Below are positions 46,001-59,888 of a stretch of 64,000 bases of DNA, piece after piece. Under the pieces are notes generated by a model. That model was not told the origin of the DNA, searched no databases, and was given only the letters and a program-made list of their open reading frames with translations. The stretch is from Balanoglossus misakiensis (taxonomy: Eukaryota; Animalia; Hemichordata): NCBI GenBank assembly GCA_040954595.2, contig CM082584.2, forward strand, positions 9,877,061 to 9,941,060, written 5' to 3'. The position numbers and the translations under genes are program-made. Each line of letters starts with the position of its first letter. The stretch's first letter is position 1.

Positions 46001-49000
46001 ACGTCACAGATGATATCTAATGAGATTCTAATAACGATAATTACGATTGCAGTACAACGAATGCACCACACTATTCCAATTTAATTTCAACCCAAATTTT
46101 ATTAATGGCCTGACCCTGATAATGTTCCTTCTCGCACGTTCCAGAAATTCTCGGCTGGTCGATTTTTTCTTTCGTCGTTTTCACGGGGAGTCGCCTGGCC
46201 TGTGACGATGGCAGAAACAGGTTGAACGTGATTTTAAAAATACGCAGACAATAGTGTACTCTGACGTCAGCTTGTGACGTAAATTTCACAACTGTCGCCT
46301 CTTTAAAAAAAGGTAAATCATTAGAATTATACGAAAATGATAACAGTGGATGTTCGTTTTTTGTACTTGAAATCTGAGCGCTAAATTTTGACCAGGTTCT
46401 GGAGGTAAAAACATGAAATTACCCGAATAAAGAGGGAGTCTTTGCATTTGCGTCAGAGATATGAACATAAAAAATTAATGCATTGTTAATGCACTAATAA
46501 TTGTACGAATTAAATAAATTTAGGTGACAAGGGATTTTCTGACGATAAGGTCAAATATGCAGGTTATGTCAAGAATGCGTTACCCTTACATGGAAGCGTG
46601 TAGTCAAGAAATCCGTAAAATTTAAATAATGGTGCCAATTAAGAGCGCCATCCAAGTCTGAGGTTTGTTAGGAATTAACTGTGGTGTCATATTAACGGTG
46701 CGAAGTCGTTCACTGACTTAAAGTTATGAGAAATTTGAGACGGCATGGACTCTTTCTGCTTTTCTTAATCCAAAGTACAAACCTGGGGACACGGCGCGTG
46801 TGTATGACGTCATTTGCGTGCTTAATCTGTGAGTACTCGGGGCAATTCTTTAGTCTGGCATAAAAAAAAAGAAGTTGGTACCTTTAAAAAAAATGTGTCC
46901 ACTGTAAATTTTATTTTAAGACGTCGAAAGATAAAAAAAATCATTTCAAAGTGGTCAAAATTATGGTCTGATGTTTTTCAAGGATGAGCGAACACCAAGC
47001 ATCCATCTTCATGGATTAACGCTATAGCTATTTAAATGTACTTTGTGTAACACGTGTAGTGGTTCGTTGGTTGATGACTCGCTGCTTGATTGTTTCATTT
47101 ATACCATGATTAAAACATATTCAGGATTACTAATTGAGTTGTGTTGATTACGTGTTTTACGTAATAGTCCGTTGATGTGAATTCTAGTTCATTTGTCTCG
47201 ATGACGTCAAACACCTTCATCGGCGCGAGCGTTTGGTCATAATTCCATGTGGCAGATTCAGCCATTCTATTTAGGTGGTCAGATCGCCCGTGCCAGTGAA
47301 TAGTGTGATTGCTCGTTCCAACAAAAAATATGTGCATATTTATATTTTCCCACTGAAACATTCTCTAGTGCAGTGACACGGAAAGGTACTTTAGTGAACA
47401 CTTCATCAAGAAAGTTTTAAGTCTCAAGATTTTGGCCAGTGGATACATTTTCTGTGGCTAAATCTGCTAATTCAGTTGAGCCTTTTAAAAAAACAATATT
47501 TTATTCAGTTCAGTATGTCTTTTGATACACTTTATTGTGTCCCATGATCCACCTTGGTAAACATTTATTAATTTTAGCAGACCGCTATAAAATTTCACCG
47601 GAAATAGACTTTGTAAGGTCGGGTATATTTTTAGCTCAACACCCGTCACACAAGCTGTGTCACCTTATGACTGTATAGTAAATTGACGTCAGGAAATAGA
47701 ATGTAAATACTTCGCCCTTTCTCGGTTTCTTGCCATAACAAGCCGGTGCTGTTCCGACGCCTTGTTTTTCATCATTCAATACCGTAAGGGTAATTTCTGA
47801 AATTTTGTTGATAAATAATGAAACGACAGAGATTTCCACGAAGCTCTCACAGTTAGCGCCACTATGCCTCGCTATCGCATCTGGGAACCTTCCAGGGGGG
47901 TGCATTCCGTTAACTGGAATTCACCACAACTCGGAGCCGTTCGCCATCATCGGATGTGGTGGCATTTGGTCGAATGCGTTATGACGTTTTCCCTTGTATT
48001 AATAGCTTAATCGGCGACTCATCAACGATTCAGACAAAGACCCACAAAAAACATTGGCAGCAGTCTCCCAACGTAAAATTTCCTGTCACGTGTCATCGTC
48101 GCCATGATTAAAACAAAACACGTGTATATATTCAAACTAATAATATTGTTTCTTTTAGAAATGGTTTTGGGGTTTTATCGAATTTTGAATAGCAAGTTGG
48201 GAAAAGTAAATAATTTTCTATGTAAAAATACCAAGTAGAACCAATAATTCAGTTAGCACATATGTTTGATAAGGATGAACGTTTGACCAAAGCTGGCGAA
48301 ATTATAAACCCAACTGATTTAATACGATATTCACTAAAGATTGAAAAACAAAATCGAATGCCAATACGCTTTTCTGAAAGTTCAAAATGTCCACATTACG
48401 TGCCACGACTAATTCGCATGTTGAGTTAACTCCAATTACATCGGGTAAAATTCCATTAGCTCTATATTGTTTCGACGCCATTGCTGAGGAAACAAGCGCC
48501 ATGTTGGATTGTGGTATAGTGGTTGTCTGATATGTTTGCTACCGCTGTCATACAATTTCCATGGACGCTACCAAAGTTTCTCACAAACTGAACAGACAAA
48601 TCTGCCGACCAATGGCACTGTGCTTGCCGTATGCTTCAGTAATAAGAAGGTGTGCTGTAATTTGCCAGGAAATGGGCCAATAAAAATACGGTTTTATTTC
48701 CATGACCTCTTTTCTACAAAGATCAAAATTTTGTACACGAAATTTCAGGTTTGTTCATGAATGTCTTCAAGTTCATAACATTTAGTTTTCAAGAAAGCAC
48801 ACGCCCCTTTTTAAGTTTCACAAGTAATTACATTGAATATTATTGTGACTATATAAATGCAAGGGGAAACATTCGTAAGTCAATTTTTGTGTGTCGCATG
48901 GCATTTTGCAAGATTGTAAATTAGAAATGCGGGAAGCCATTTTCAGTCCGCCAGCTCTTCAACGAGGTTGGTGGTGGGAACTTCATAAAGGGTACACTGC

Positions 49001-51585
49001 ATGTACTCATTTATACCCTCACACACACCCTTGTGTAATAATGGTCATTTCACCTGTCACTATGTGACAAGGTTAGATGCCTCGTCTGTATTGTGTAGGC
49101 TCCCCCATCCGTGTCATCCCCGGTAGTCTCACACAAGTAGCGACGCCAACCTTTCTCCTGTACTTGATGTCTGTACAAGACGTATTTCTCTATTTTGGAC
49201 CAGATCCCTCAAAATCATCTACCAGGATCTCCTTCATGTGGTTATTGAAGTAGAGTAATAAAACAGAAGGCCATCAACTGTTTCGATTTTGACAAAATAT
49301 GCTACTACTAGTATATGAATGGGATTATTGAAAAGAGAAGAGTTCTGCGCCTTCTCGAGATTACTACTACTTAATTTTAATTGCTGGTAACCAATTAATA
49401 CACCAGCAGTCTGCAGATAATCATTGCCAATAAGGGGCGCAGCAACGCCCCGCGGTGAAGTTGCACATAAATTTTGGGGGTTTCATCCGTTGCCATGGTG
49501 ACCAAGGATAACTACTGGACGCGTTCTAAAGATCAGTAGTGTGTGTGTGCAGATACAGTGTATCACTGACAAGGTCAGTCAGTGGTGTGATTTGTTTTAT
49601 GTCTGGCTCCCGTGGCGGTCTGGCGACCCGACATTGGTGATTGACCCATATATTTGACGTCTGTGACCGTGTACGTGTCTCAGCTATTAACATTTAACAG
49701 TTTCACTGCGCGCATTCGCATACGTGACTGCTTCGTTGTGACGAATTCGTTTTAAATTATTCCACTGATCCAGAAAACGAACAAACTCTTTTTAAATTTA
49801 GTATCCGCGAAACAAGCACCAGTGTTTAACTCAACAAAACCACGTATAATTGAGAAAGCCACTATTTTTGCAGAGTCCGACGTTTCGGTAAATTCCCGGC
49901 CGTAAAAGTGGTAGACCCGCGAGGAGTTAGGCGCTCAGGAAGGTCATTTCACGATATATAAATATATATATATCATATACACGTACTTACATATATGTGT
50001 GTATATATATATCAATCGTTATATTTATGAATTTTAGATGCAATTAAATGTTTGTAGTATGAATATATGATATATGTGGTACACTAAGAAAAAATCAACA
50101 CAACCATATTTACACCATGATTAACGAACGTGCGGTCTGGTTTGTCGGGTGATGTGAATATAAACGACATGCCGAGTAATTCTATATTTAGAGTCCACCC
50201 AGCATTGTAACTATAATGGTATCATGCCAATGTATTTTAATGACAAACGTGGAACTTTAGTAAGAGTGGGATTAAAATGGCTTAATGCTATTTTAAAACG
50301 TTAAAAATAAAAATTGAAAATAAAAGAAAAATCGGAAATTATTTTAAAATGAAAGTATAACAGGGAGGGATTAAAGGAATACAGGTGTGGCATTTTAACT
50401 GAATGATAAGAAACTGTCCCGAAAAAAGTGATGCCCGTCCCAGACGGAAGGAGGTATACACAGATGGGAGTGGATGTGTCCAAATTTTGAAATGGTAAGC
50501 CCGTCGGTGTTTGAGGATAAACCGAATCTACCAAGGGATGATTTTTTAGAGAGCATTCCCCAAGTGGTCCATTCTTACGCGACATGCATGCCTCGTTGGT
50601 ATTCATGATCCATTGTCGCGCCTTATTAATATGCCCAGACAGTGTGAGCATGCGCAGATAGGGGTTCGGTGTCACATTCGCAATCGGCAGAACTCGGTAT
50701 CACACGGCTAAGTTGGCTATTTTTGCTATCATGTAAATATTACATAAATGTATATAAAATATTTTAAGAAAATGGCACTTTCTTCATTGTAAATTTGCTA
50801 AAACTTGATCGTTCTACCGATTTTAAAGGGTATATTTTAATTTTATGGGCCGATCATCGCGGTTATTCTCCAGATACACACAAATTAACGAATAAAATTA
50901 ACGATGGGCCCAGCCAAATTTCGTGTTTGTATAAAATATAAAAATACACATTTTATAGATATTAAAAGGTGAAAATTGTACGGTGTTCCATTTTGGCGCG
51001 ACTTTCTTGTTCATTGACGGACGGAAATATCGAACAACGGTTTGGGGCACTTTGTAACCGACTGCCAAATACGTCAGAGCAGGGATAAAATAGACATAAT
51101 CACTCAAGATTCGCCAATAATTATTGGCAGGCTGCCAACGCGCCACAAAGTGTTTCATTCACTGATAGTACTATGCAATGTTGAATTTGTTGTGATGATT
51201 AACCAATAAACTCTGACGTCGTCTTTTCACACGACATTTTCTTTTATCCTTTTATATTTCCCAAAATAAAGGCATACTATATTATTTTAAAATACTTCTT
51301 TAGGCACGCGGTTACTATGCGCAGACATCGAAAAAAATAGTCCCGTCGCTAATGTTAATTTCCGCCGGCCTGTCAATCTTCCACATAATTATCATAATGA
51401 GCTACGGTCTAAGGAGCCCACGTTCATCAGAGATACAGGTATTCGATAAAATCCCCCTTTCGACTCCGTAAAAGGTAAACAGAATATGAATTTGCTTTGG
51501 TGACGTCGACGCTAATTGATAGGTCGGATGGCGCTTTGAACATTATTCAGAGCCAGCCAAGTCAGTGACGCATGCAGTCACGAGT

Positions 51586-52015
51586 TACAGCCGAAATTAT
51601 GAAAGGTCGCCGATTCAATATGTGATCTAGACGTCCTGTGTGCACTGAACACACGATGTGTTTATCTAACACAAACAACAGAACCTCTCATAAATGAGAT
51701 GCGGTATCATTAGACTAATTACAGATGGTAGTCTGGAAACACGCTCCCCCTCAGAGAGAGTTGTTTACTTGTAACACGGATGTCAAAGTTTAATCTCAAA
51801 GTGTATACGCTTTATGTTGAGAGTGTACCCAAGTAAACAACTCTCTCTGAGGGGGAGCGTGTTTCCAGACTACCATCTGTAATTAGTCTAATGATACCGC
51901 ATCTCTTTTATGAGAGGTTCTGTTGTTTGTGTTAGATAAACACATCGTGTGTTCAGTGCACACAGGACGTCTAGATCACATATTGAATCGGCGACCTTTC
52001 ATAATTTCGGCTGTA
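51586..52015. mobile_element. 430-bp foldback / MITE: 186-bp inverted arms, 58-bp spacer
   Basis: Arms 51586-51771 and 51830-52015 are reverse complements with one mismatch by eye. Termini TACAG...CTGTA resemble Tc1/mariner TA-flanked ends. Confidence 0.8.
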
Positions 52016-54050
52016 GTCATGTGACGGATACTATTAATAGACACACGGCTTGCGATTGCTATGTAATCTCCCAACTGTGTGTTTAGTGTTTTTGTTTTCA
52101 AAACAAAGCAGCCATCCGTAGGGTGAATTTATGCAGAAACTGTGATGCGAAGAATTACAAATGTAAACTGGGGAGGAGGGGGGTTCTAATGTAAATCAAG
52201 AAATTTACTAAGCTGTTGTTCGTGATAGAAAAAATATGGGTAGCACAATTAGTGTACAATGTTGCTTTTTGTCCCGTATTTCCTAATTTCATAGCAATGT
52301 TGACCCAGACGTTTCCGGTATGGTTACGCGCGCATATATATTATAGAAAAGTTGTTCGCGTGTAAATCATCACGCTCAGGTGTTACTATAGCAACGGACA
52401 TTTGAGGTCAGTCCCCTTTTGCCCCAGAGGTATACAGACCGTTAAGCTGAGCAATAAATTTGAACGCCTTGAAGCGTCTAACGGTATCATGAAGTATCAA
52501 AAATATTAGATGGGGATATTTGATGTATTTAATTTTAAGAAGACAACTGTGCTTTCACCGTGATCTTGAAGATGATTTCACTTTACCCTATCGATTTCAC
52601 GGCCTTGTAACGTTTAGTACAAAAGAGCTATTTTGATCTCGCCTCACTCTGAAACCTCACAACCGATGTTTACAAACAGACAGGTCAAATGAGGCTATAT
52701 TTTGGCGGAATAATTCATTGTATTAAAGCATTTCAAAAAAACCTCCAAATCGTCGCGATAACTTTCAAACCGCGTGTTTGGAATTTGAAGCAAGAGAGGT
52801 TTCACCGAAGTTCTGTCGTTTCAGTTTTATTTTACATGTAATTTGATTTTGTTCGTTACGGATAAAGTGCACCTTGGCTACGTGACTTAGTACAGACGGT
52901 ACAAGTTCACGGAGTTGAAGGTCATGATCAAACCGAAAATGTACAATATTATTAGTCGCTCATCGGTGCTTCTTTTAAGGCTGGGCTGGACTAGTATTAT
53001 TTCGGTCAGTCAAGCCTCAGTGAAGGCTATCGGCTGAAATTGTTTTTAAAAAAATCACGTGTAATATTGGCTAACTGGGTTGACCCAGTTTAATAGAAGA
53101 AAACAAGACTTTGCTCAGAGATTTTAAGGGCCCGAACTTCTTTTATGCAAATAAGCTGAAGGCGCACACAGACGCTTAATTAAATATTAAAAGTTGACGA
53201 GCCAGTACTTTAAATGGCTAATGGCGCTAAATAATATCACTGCATATAAATGTTTGAAAATATTAACTCTGCAGACTCCCTCAGACCGGTACCAAATCAT
53301 ATCATTTGTGTTATTCGCCATTCCATATGGTAAAGGTCATATTGGGCAAGTTGATCAACTCCCTCCCCTCCCCTTGTGAAATATTCGCCAAAATAAAACT
53401 TTCTGACGAGAAAATACTAATAAGTCGACAGGAAATCCGGACGCTCTGAGCGAACCTGACTGTGGCCACATAAAAGCAGTTTCAAGCCACCCCGAAAGAG
53501 CCAGTCATTTCGTTCATGTGCTCCTTTATCATTTCCTTTTAATAATTATACAAACAAGGTCGTCGCCGGAACAGGAACTTCTGTAGCTGTCACGCGAATT
53601 TCGTGAAGATGACGTCAAATTCCGCGCGGCGGGTGGAAACGGGTTGCGTGCCTTTGTGGTGAATGAACTGCCCCCTCCAGTAACAACCGGCCATATCGTG
53701 ACGTCACGATATGTTGACACGGCCCAGTAGTAGCATCATCGTCTTTTTGTTCTGTACTTATGTGCGTACGTGTTCTCGTGACTATAAGGGTGGGTTGGGA
53801 ATCTTGTTACAACAACATAATTAATGTTTCCGTTTGTTACCAGGAAGAATAGTTTCAGAAGAACTATATTCTAGCCATTATCAATTCTGCAAGGAAACTG
53901 ATTAACCTAGTTAGGCATTTTCCTCACAGATGCTATGTCGAACATAGTAGAGACCTTATTACCTCTCCGATTCGAATCAATTGACGCCAAAATTTTATGT
54001 TCCATGATGATAAGAAACAGCCAAACCACTTTCAAACACAGAATTTTCAG

Positions 54051-54086
<36 letters not shown>
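54051..54086 (+). repeat. (TCAA)n microsatellite
   Basis: Directly visible. Confidence 0.9.
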
Positions 54087-54087
<1 letters not shown>

Positions 54088-56183
54088 TAATGACGGCCAT
54101 GTCTGATGCGTCTTGCATCTGGTAAATTACAAATACTGTACAGTGAATTGGTTTTCTTTGTTGATAGTTTTTATTAGTCCTTTAGCATGTTGATCTGAAT
54201 GTGAATTTGATGAAATAATTATGTTGAAGGACAAGGTAACCGATTGATAGTCCGGCTGGTACTCGTCTTATTGAATATTGATGACGTCAGTCTCCTAAAA
54301 GCAAACGAGCACACGGCATTATCTGTAAACTCGGTATGCTCACGTCTTTGCGGGTGGTGGGGGACTTGTTGGAGCAGCGCCAAGTCTGGTCGATCATTAC
54401 AACCAAAACACTGTGCAACCGGCGAAAAGAATTCCGTAGTGTGGCAAAATTTAATGAGTCCGACAAACACAAAAGCTCTGTTGGAGCGGCGACGTAGGTG
54501 GCAGCTTCCGTGAATCGTAACCTTAAACTGGCTTGAACAGGTTTTGGTGATAGTCACATGGTTGTCACGAGTTACAGACGAATGACACAGATACCCGTGT
54601 TTGTAAACACTGTCTGGACATAAATATGCAGGGGAACTTTTGCTATTGGGGTCAAACTTTCTAGATTAAAAGGTTCATTCGCTTCTGACTTTTTTTTCTG
54701 TGTTCTCATTTTAGTATCTTGTTGCTACTCAACATGACAAAGCTTTGCATCACATAGCCTAGAAAGACAGTACAACCATTTTCATTAAGGACATGTTATC
54801 TCTCTGATCCGGAGTTGATTTCAATCGTCATCAATATAAAATATATACTGTGCGTTTCTGTATTGAATAAGAAACTGCGGTTGATGCACATAATCGAAAC
54901 AACAACAACAACTATACAACCAAGCATTTCTTAATGGGAAATGTCGATGCCCAAATGAACGCTGTTCGACATTTCAAAATGAGACGAATGGTTCATATTA
55001 AATGGATTTAAAAGATTTTATCCATATTATGTATTCTGTGTGGTTAACACATTTAAATCCAACGCACACAGCTGTTTAAACTTTGCTGACTCGACGTTTT
55101 AAACTGTGGGCTGCTGAATTTGTTTTAGGATCTCAAATTATACTATTGATGTTTCCTGTTTCGTATGTGAGCTATGTTCATGTTCACATAGGGAATTTCC
55201 CCTACCCTTTAAACATAAACAAAAACATTTATCAGCGTCGAGGTATGTGTTCGAGTGATCGAGCTTTGAATGATGACATCACGGTGGATCTATGGTGAAT
55301 TTACTTTCAGTTCCCTCATTGTTCATCTTCAGACCATGAGAAAAATCTGCCTTAAATTGGAAATCCATAAATTTCGCCACTTTTACGAAATAAATTTCAA
55401 CCTCAATAGCAAGCAGGAGATGCATTTGAATGTCAATACGTGCTTGGTTTCACGAACGCACCTACATTACAGTATACACCTTGGCAACTGCGCACTCATG
55501 GCATTTTGCCAGCCCGTGCAAATTACACGTCTGCGAGACAATCTGCCTGCTTATAATATGACCTAGACGTCGCGAATTTGAACTTTAAACGACCGAAGGA
55601 AGTATATACTACTATGTATGTACTATGTACTATGTATGTACTATATGTATAGGCCTATGCGTATTGCGCAGTTTTATATGTAACTCCCAATATATTCTGA
55701 GCACAAAATTGCATTAGGGCATTAATGATGTGACGTCGACAACGCCTATAATATGTAGGAATTGTTTGAAAAGTAACCAGGACCTTTTCCCCTGTGCCAA
55801 GCTCATTCATTGCAAGGAACGTCAAAGTCAAATTCGCATAATTAACGCAGCGATCTAGTAGGTTCGGACAGTCAAACATTTCCAGACAAATTTTAAATAT
55901 TTACTTATTTATCTCTTTATAAACAGCAATATCTGAACCCGCGTAATATGTATCAGCGACTTCGTAGTTAGAAAGGTCGAAAGGTCACGATATAAAGGGT
56001 TTGAGGTCAAAGCAGTCATTCAGAGGTAAGGCACACTTCCGTTGTCAGGCATGGTTGGAATGCCATCGAAGATATTGCGATGGTATGTCCAAATAGTACG
56101 AAGAACTTGACATTATTCGGCAAAAGCCAACATGTTAGACGTTCATGCCACCGCAATTATGTCTGCAAGCATGTGTGTTGGCG

Positions 56184-56184
56184 G

Positions 56185-56236
<52 letters not shown>

Positions 56237-56260
56237 GGTGGTGGTGGTGGTGGTGGTGGG
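56184..56260 (+). repeat. (GAT)n-(GGT)n compound microsatellite
   Basis: Directly visible. Confidence 0.9.
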
Positions 56261-56507
56261 GGTTGTCATAAAGATGATTGCAATGACATTTTAGTGGTCG
56301 AAGTATTTACATATTCGATATTATTAAATATAGTTCAATAAAGTCAACTTACAATTTTTGCTCCCATTACACAACAGATGACCTCTTAAAATCGACAGGG
56401 ATAAGTGTGGCTAAGATTGATATACGTGTCGTCTAGACACAGTATAATCTCAGGGTCTTATGGTCTAGACAATATCAGGTTATTCATATGGTCAGTAGTC
56501 TCTTGAT

Positions 56508-56511
<4 letters not shown>

Positions 56512-56545
<34 letters not shown>

Positions 56546-56555
56546 CGTGCGTGCG
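56512..56555 (+). repeat. (TG)n/(GCGT)n microsatellite
   Basis: Directly visible. Confidence 0.9.
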
Positions 56556-57886
56556 GATGGATGGAGAGATAAACCGTTAAGCTTACTTGCAAAAGTGTAA
56601 ATAGCTGACTTTACTAGTAACATGTTTAACTTTCGGTGAGGCAGTAATCTGCCACTTTGACATGAAGTGTACCTTTCTTCGGCAAATGGCAAATTCGATT
56701 CGACACACGATGCGTGTTCAAATAATAAAAGCTTTCCATATATACATGATCATGTTACAAAAACTGTTCAAATGTGACGAAATAACACAACGCCATCTTC
56801 TTTGCAAATTAGATCAGTCGTATCGCGCATAGTGTGAAGTAAATTGAAAATATTAATGCATTACACACAGTAGATGTGGTAAACGTGTTGAGTAATAATT
56901 AGTCTAGAAAATGCATGATATTGCGCTAATGCCGTTATGACTATAATACAAATACCATGATTTGATAGTGTTGTCCCTCTTCTATGGCCTTGGTCTGGAA
57001 CTCGATAAACGGTTTGGTCGGTACTTTGCCTGAATTTTATCGATCTGGCTGTATGCCTAAAGCAGCGACATGTACGCCCAGATTGCGTCATAGAACCGGT
57101 CAAAACTGATGCCGATCACGGGGCATGCTGTTGTTGGACAGGTCGGTGATGCGACAGAAGTATGTAATGGGGTGAAAGAACTGCAACGAGCAGGGAATGT
57201 CGAAACGGTTCCATCGGCTTGTGGGGCGTTCAGAGTAAAATGCTTAAAATAGCTCAGAATTTTTTTTCGTCTCGCTGATTTGTAAACTACCAGCGATAAC
57301 TTATTTATAGTTGTTTGCGTTGCGTGTTGATATGGGAATAATTTCTACTATGTGTAGATTTTCACTTTCAATGATCCTCTATATACGGTTCAAACACTAA
57401 TTGTAAATGGAACTGATATTGTGGTCCATACGTATTATTTCCCCAGCTATGCCTTGTTCAAGTTTTGCAACGTTCAAAATTCAATAATTTAACTTGTAAT
57501 TTTAAATATAAATGTAAAAAGAAACCCCCAACATCGGTCACTTTGGCCAAATTCATCTGTAATTTGGACGGTCGGAACTTTAAAACCAACACCTGGATTC
57601 TAAATATTGTAAAGACATTTTAATAGATGGTATGGCACACAGGATGGACAGTGTCATGTGCTATATGTGTGTTGTCTGTCTGAGCATGCAATCAAATGAC
57701 AGAGTCTACACTTTCTTTGGAACAGTGCAGGTGCTGGGACTACGTACACACCTGTGCAAGTGTAATGTAATAGACAAATGATTCTCGCTTCACGAAATAA
57801 AAGTGACCAAATAATGCATATCACTTAGAGTATTTAAAAGAGGCGACAGTAAGTCAGAAAGACGGGGTGGTGGGTTGTAGGGAGGT

Positions 57887-57962
57887 AGAGAGAGAGAGAG
57901 AGAGACAGACAGAGACACACAGAGAGTGAGAGAGACAGAGAGACACATAGAGAGACAGAGAA
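57887..57962 (+). repeat. (GA)-rich simple repeat
   Basis: Directly visible. Confidence 0.85.
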
Positions 57963-59797
57963 AGATGACATAGTGTCGAATTGACTAAGTTCTATACACC
58001 ATTTACCTTAATGAGAAACTTTTACTTGTTCCTGGTCTCGGACTCTGTATCTTTATAAATAGATTAAATTGACTTGTCTTGTGAATTTGTCGACATGTGA
58101 ATCCGACGGAGGTTGGCGAAATCCCACGGAGAAATGCCCTCCAACCTTTGAATGGGATTCCGCTGCAACATAGCATGAATTTTCAGCAGTAATTCGATAT
58201 TCGACGTTAAGGAAAGAACCCTGACCGCACCACTTTTATTAACGGTTCAATGGGTCTTGGAAAGTGGATAGAGATATTTTGAAGGTCAACTATATTATAA
58301 TAGTTTCCTTGTGGGTGCGTATAAATCAAACCTGTGCAAACTATTGCGCATACTTTGCTCGTTTCCCCTTATCATCTTCACCTGTAAAGGTAATTGTTAA
58401 GCCCGAAGACGCGTGATTCTGACGCAGAACACAAAGGGGGTAAATGAATGGAAGTTTCTCTTTAAATCCGACCATTTCACCTTTGTTTCCAAAGAACGGT
58501 TTTTCAAACTATACGTCGGGGAAACCTGCCATCAATCACAGAAAACTATTTACATTTGTTTTGGGTACGTTCTTAATATATTAAGTGTGCTTGGTATGAT
58601 ATTATGACTGTCAATACTCGCGCGCCAATATCATGAACTGCCCGTGCTTCCCAGTTATTCAATAACTGGTTATTACGTCAGTTGATGGGGGCAAAACTAG
58701 GGGCAAGGTTATGCGACGCGTGGATGAGCCGCCTGCCGTAAGGCGACACTTCCATGCATGCGCACACAAAAGGGGACCTGTACCCCCATTTCGGAGATTG
58801 TTCATAACCAAATCTGAAGGTCACGCGAGGACAGCGGCAATTCTGAAGGTCATTAGCCTACTCTATCTTGTTCACCACGGCACGTGATCGTGTCTGTGTC
58901 ACGATTGATGGAGACTGTGCCGACGTTCGTATTTGCAATAGGGAATGCTCCGTTGACTGTAAGAGTCACTCGCCTGATTTTTCAACAGTTCTTTCTTTTT
59001 CACATTTCATTTCTCAAATGACCTGAAGGCAGAACAAAGAAGTGTTGTCCTTGTACAGGTCCACTACTGGGCAGGTTTTAACTCGATATGGGAAGTAGAA
59101 ACCCGCTCGAAACTTCTGTGTAATCGATCTTCCTTTTTTTTTCTCGAGACGGGTATTTGCGTTCCCATCAGACAGCTCGAAGTAAAACATTAATGTGTCT
59201 GCCCAACCAATATCAGACAGTTGGAATCCAATCAGGGACAATCCTAGTATCGGGCCACGTGTAGAAAATCGGCGGTGGAGAGCATGCGTAAAGCAAGGAT
59301 GGAGACCACATTTGTTTGGTCATATGGCCGGGGCCGTCCGGCCGCGGAACACGTGGCATGGCAGATTTTTTTTTTCAGAAACAGCTATGTGTCAATGAGA
59401 AATTGAAGAAATCGTCAGCATTCAATTCGTATTGTAATAGTACGAGCATAGTAAGCACTTTCCGGCGATGGGATTCATAATAAAATGTTGGGGCTATATT
59501 AGCTGTCGTGTTTCTTTTTACCTTCGAACCTCAAATGACCACCACCACCACCACCACCACTAAAAAACGTCTTCGGGAAGTCCTTCATTTTCGAAAACGT
59601 GCAACGTTGTCCACGAGTGACAAGAAACTATAAAGAGTATACCGGATACATAGCTATATTAGGTCATGGCCGACTCGGAAGACAAAGACTAGAAATTGAG
59701 AAGGTGGCAGTAGGCCGATAGCCTGAGAGGCTAAACCCGTTTTGTGATGACACTGGCCCTTTTCTTTTACACTCGAATAGTTGGGGGTAGGCCTACA

Positions 59798-59800
<3 letters not shown>

Positions 59801-59885
<85 letters not shown>
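59801..59885 (+). repeat. (ATC)n microsatellite
   Basis: Directly visible. Confidence 0.95.

Positions 59886-59888
<3 letters not shown>

Noticed and set aside
56132-56341. Poly-Asp/poly-Gly ORF
   Set aside because: Product of a (GAT)n(GGT)n microsatellite with no exon context.
57094-57252. Short frame KLMPITGHAVVGQV...SACG resembling the zinc alcohol-dehydrogenase GHE motif
   Set aside because: The key Glu and the Cys cluster are missing, there are no convincing splice sites or neighbouring exons, and it is probably chance.
59700-59740. tRNA/SINE A-box-like sequence GGCCGATAGCCTGAGAGGCTAA
   Set aside because: No B-box or cloverleaf downstream.
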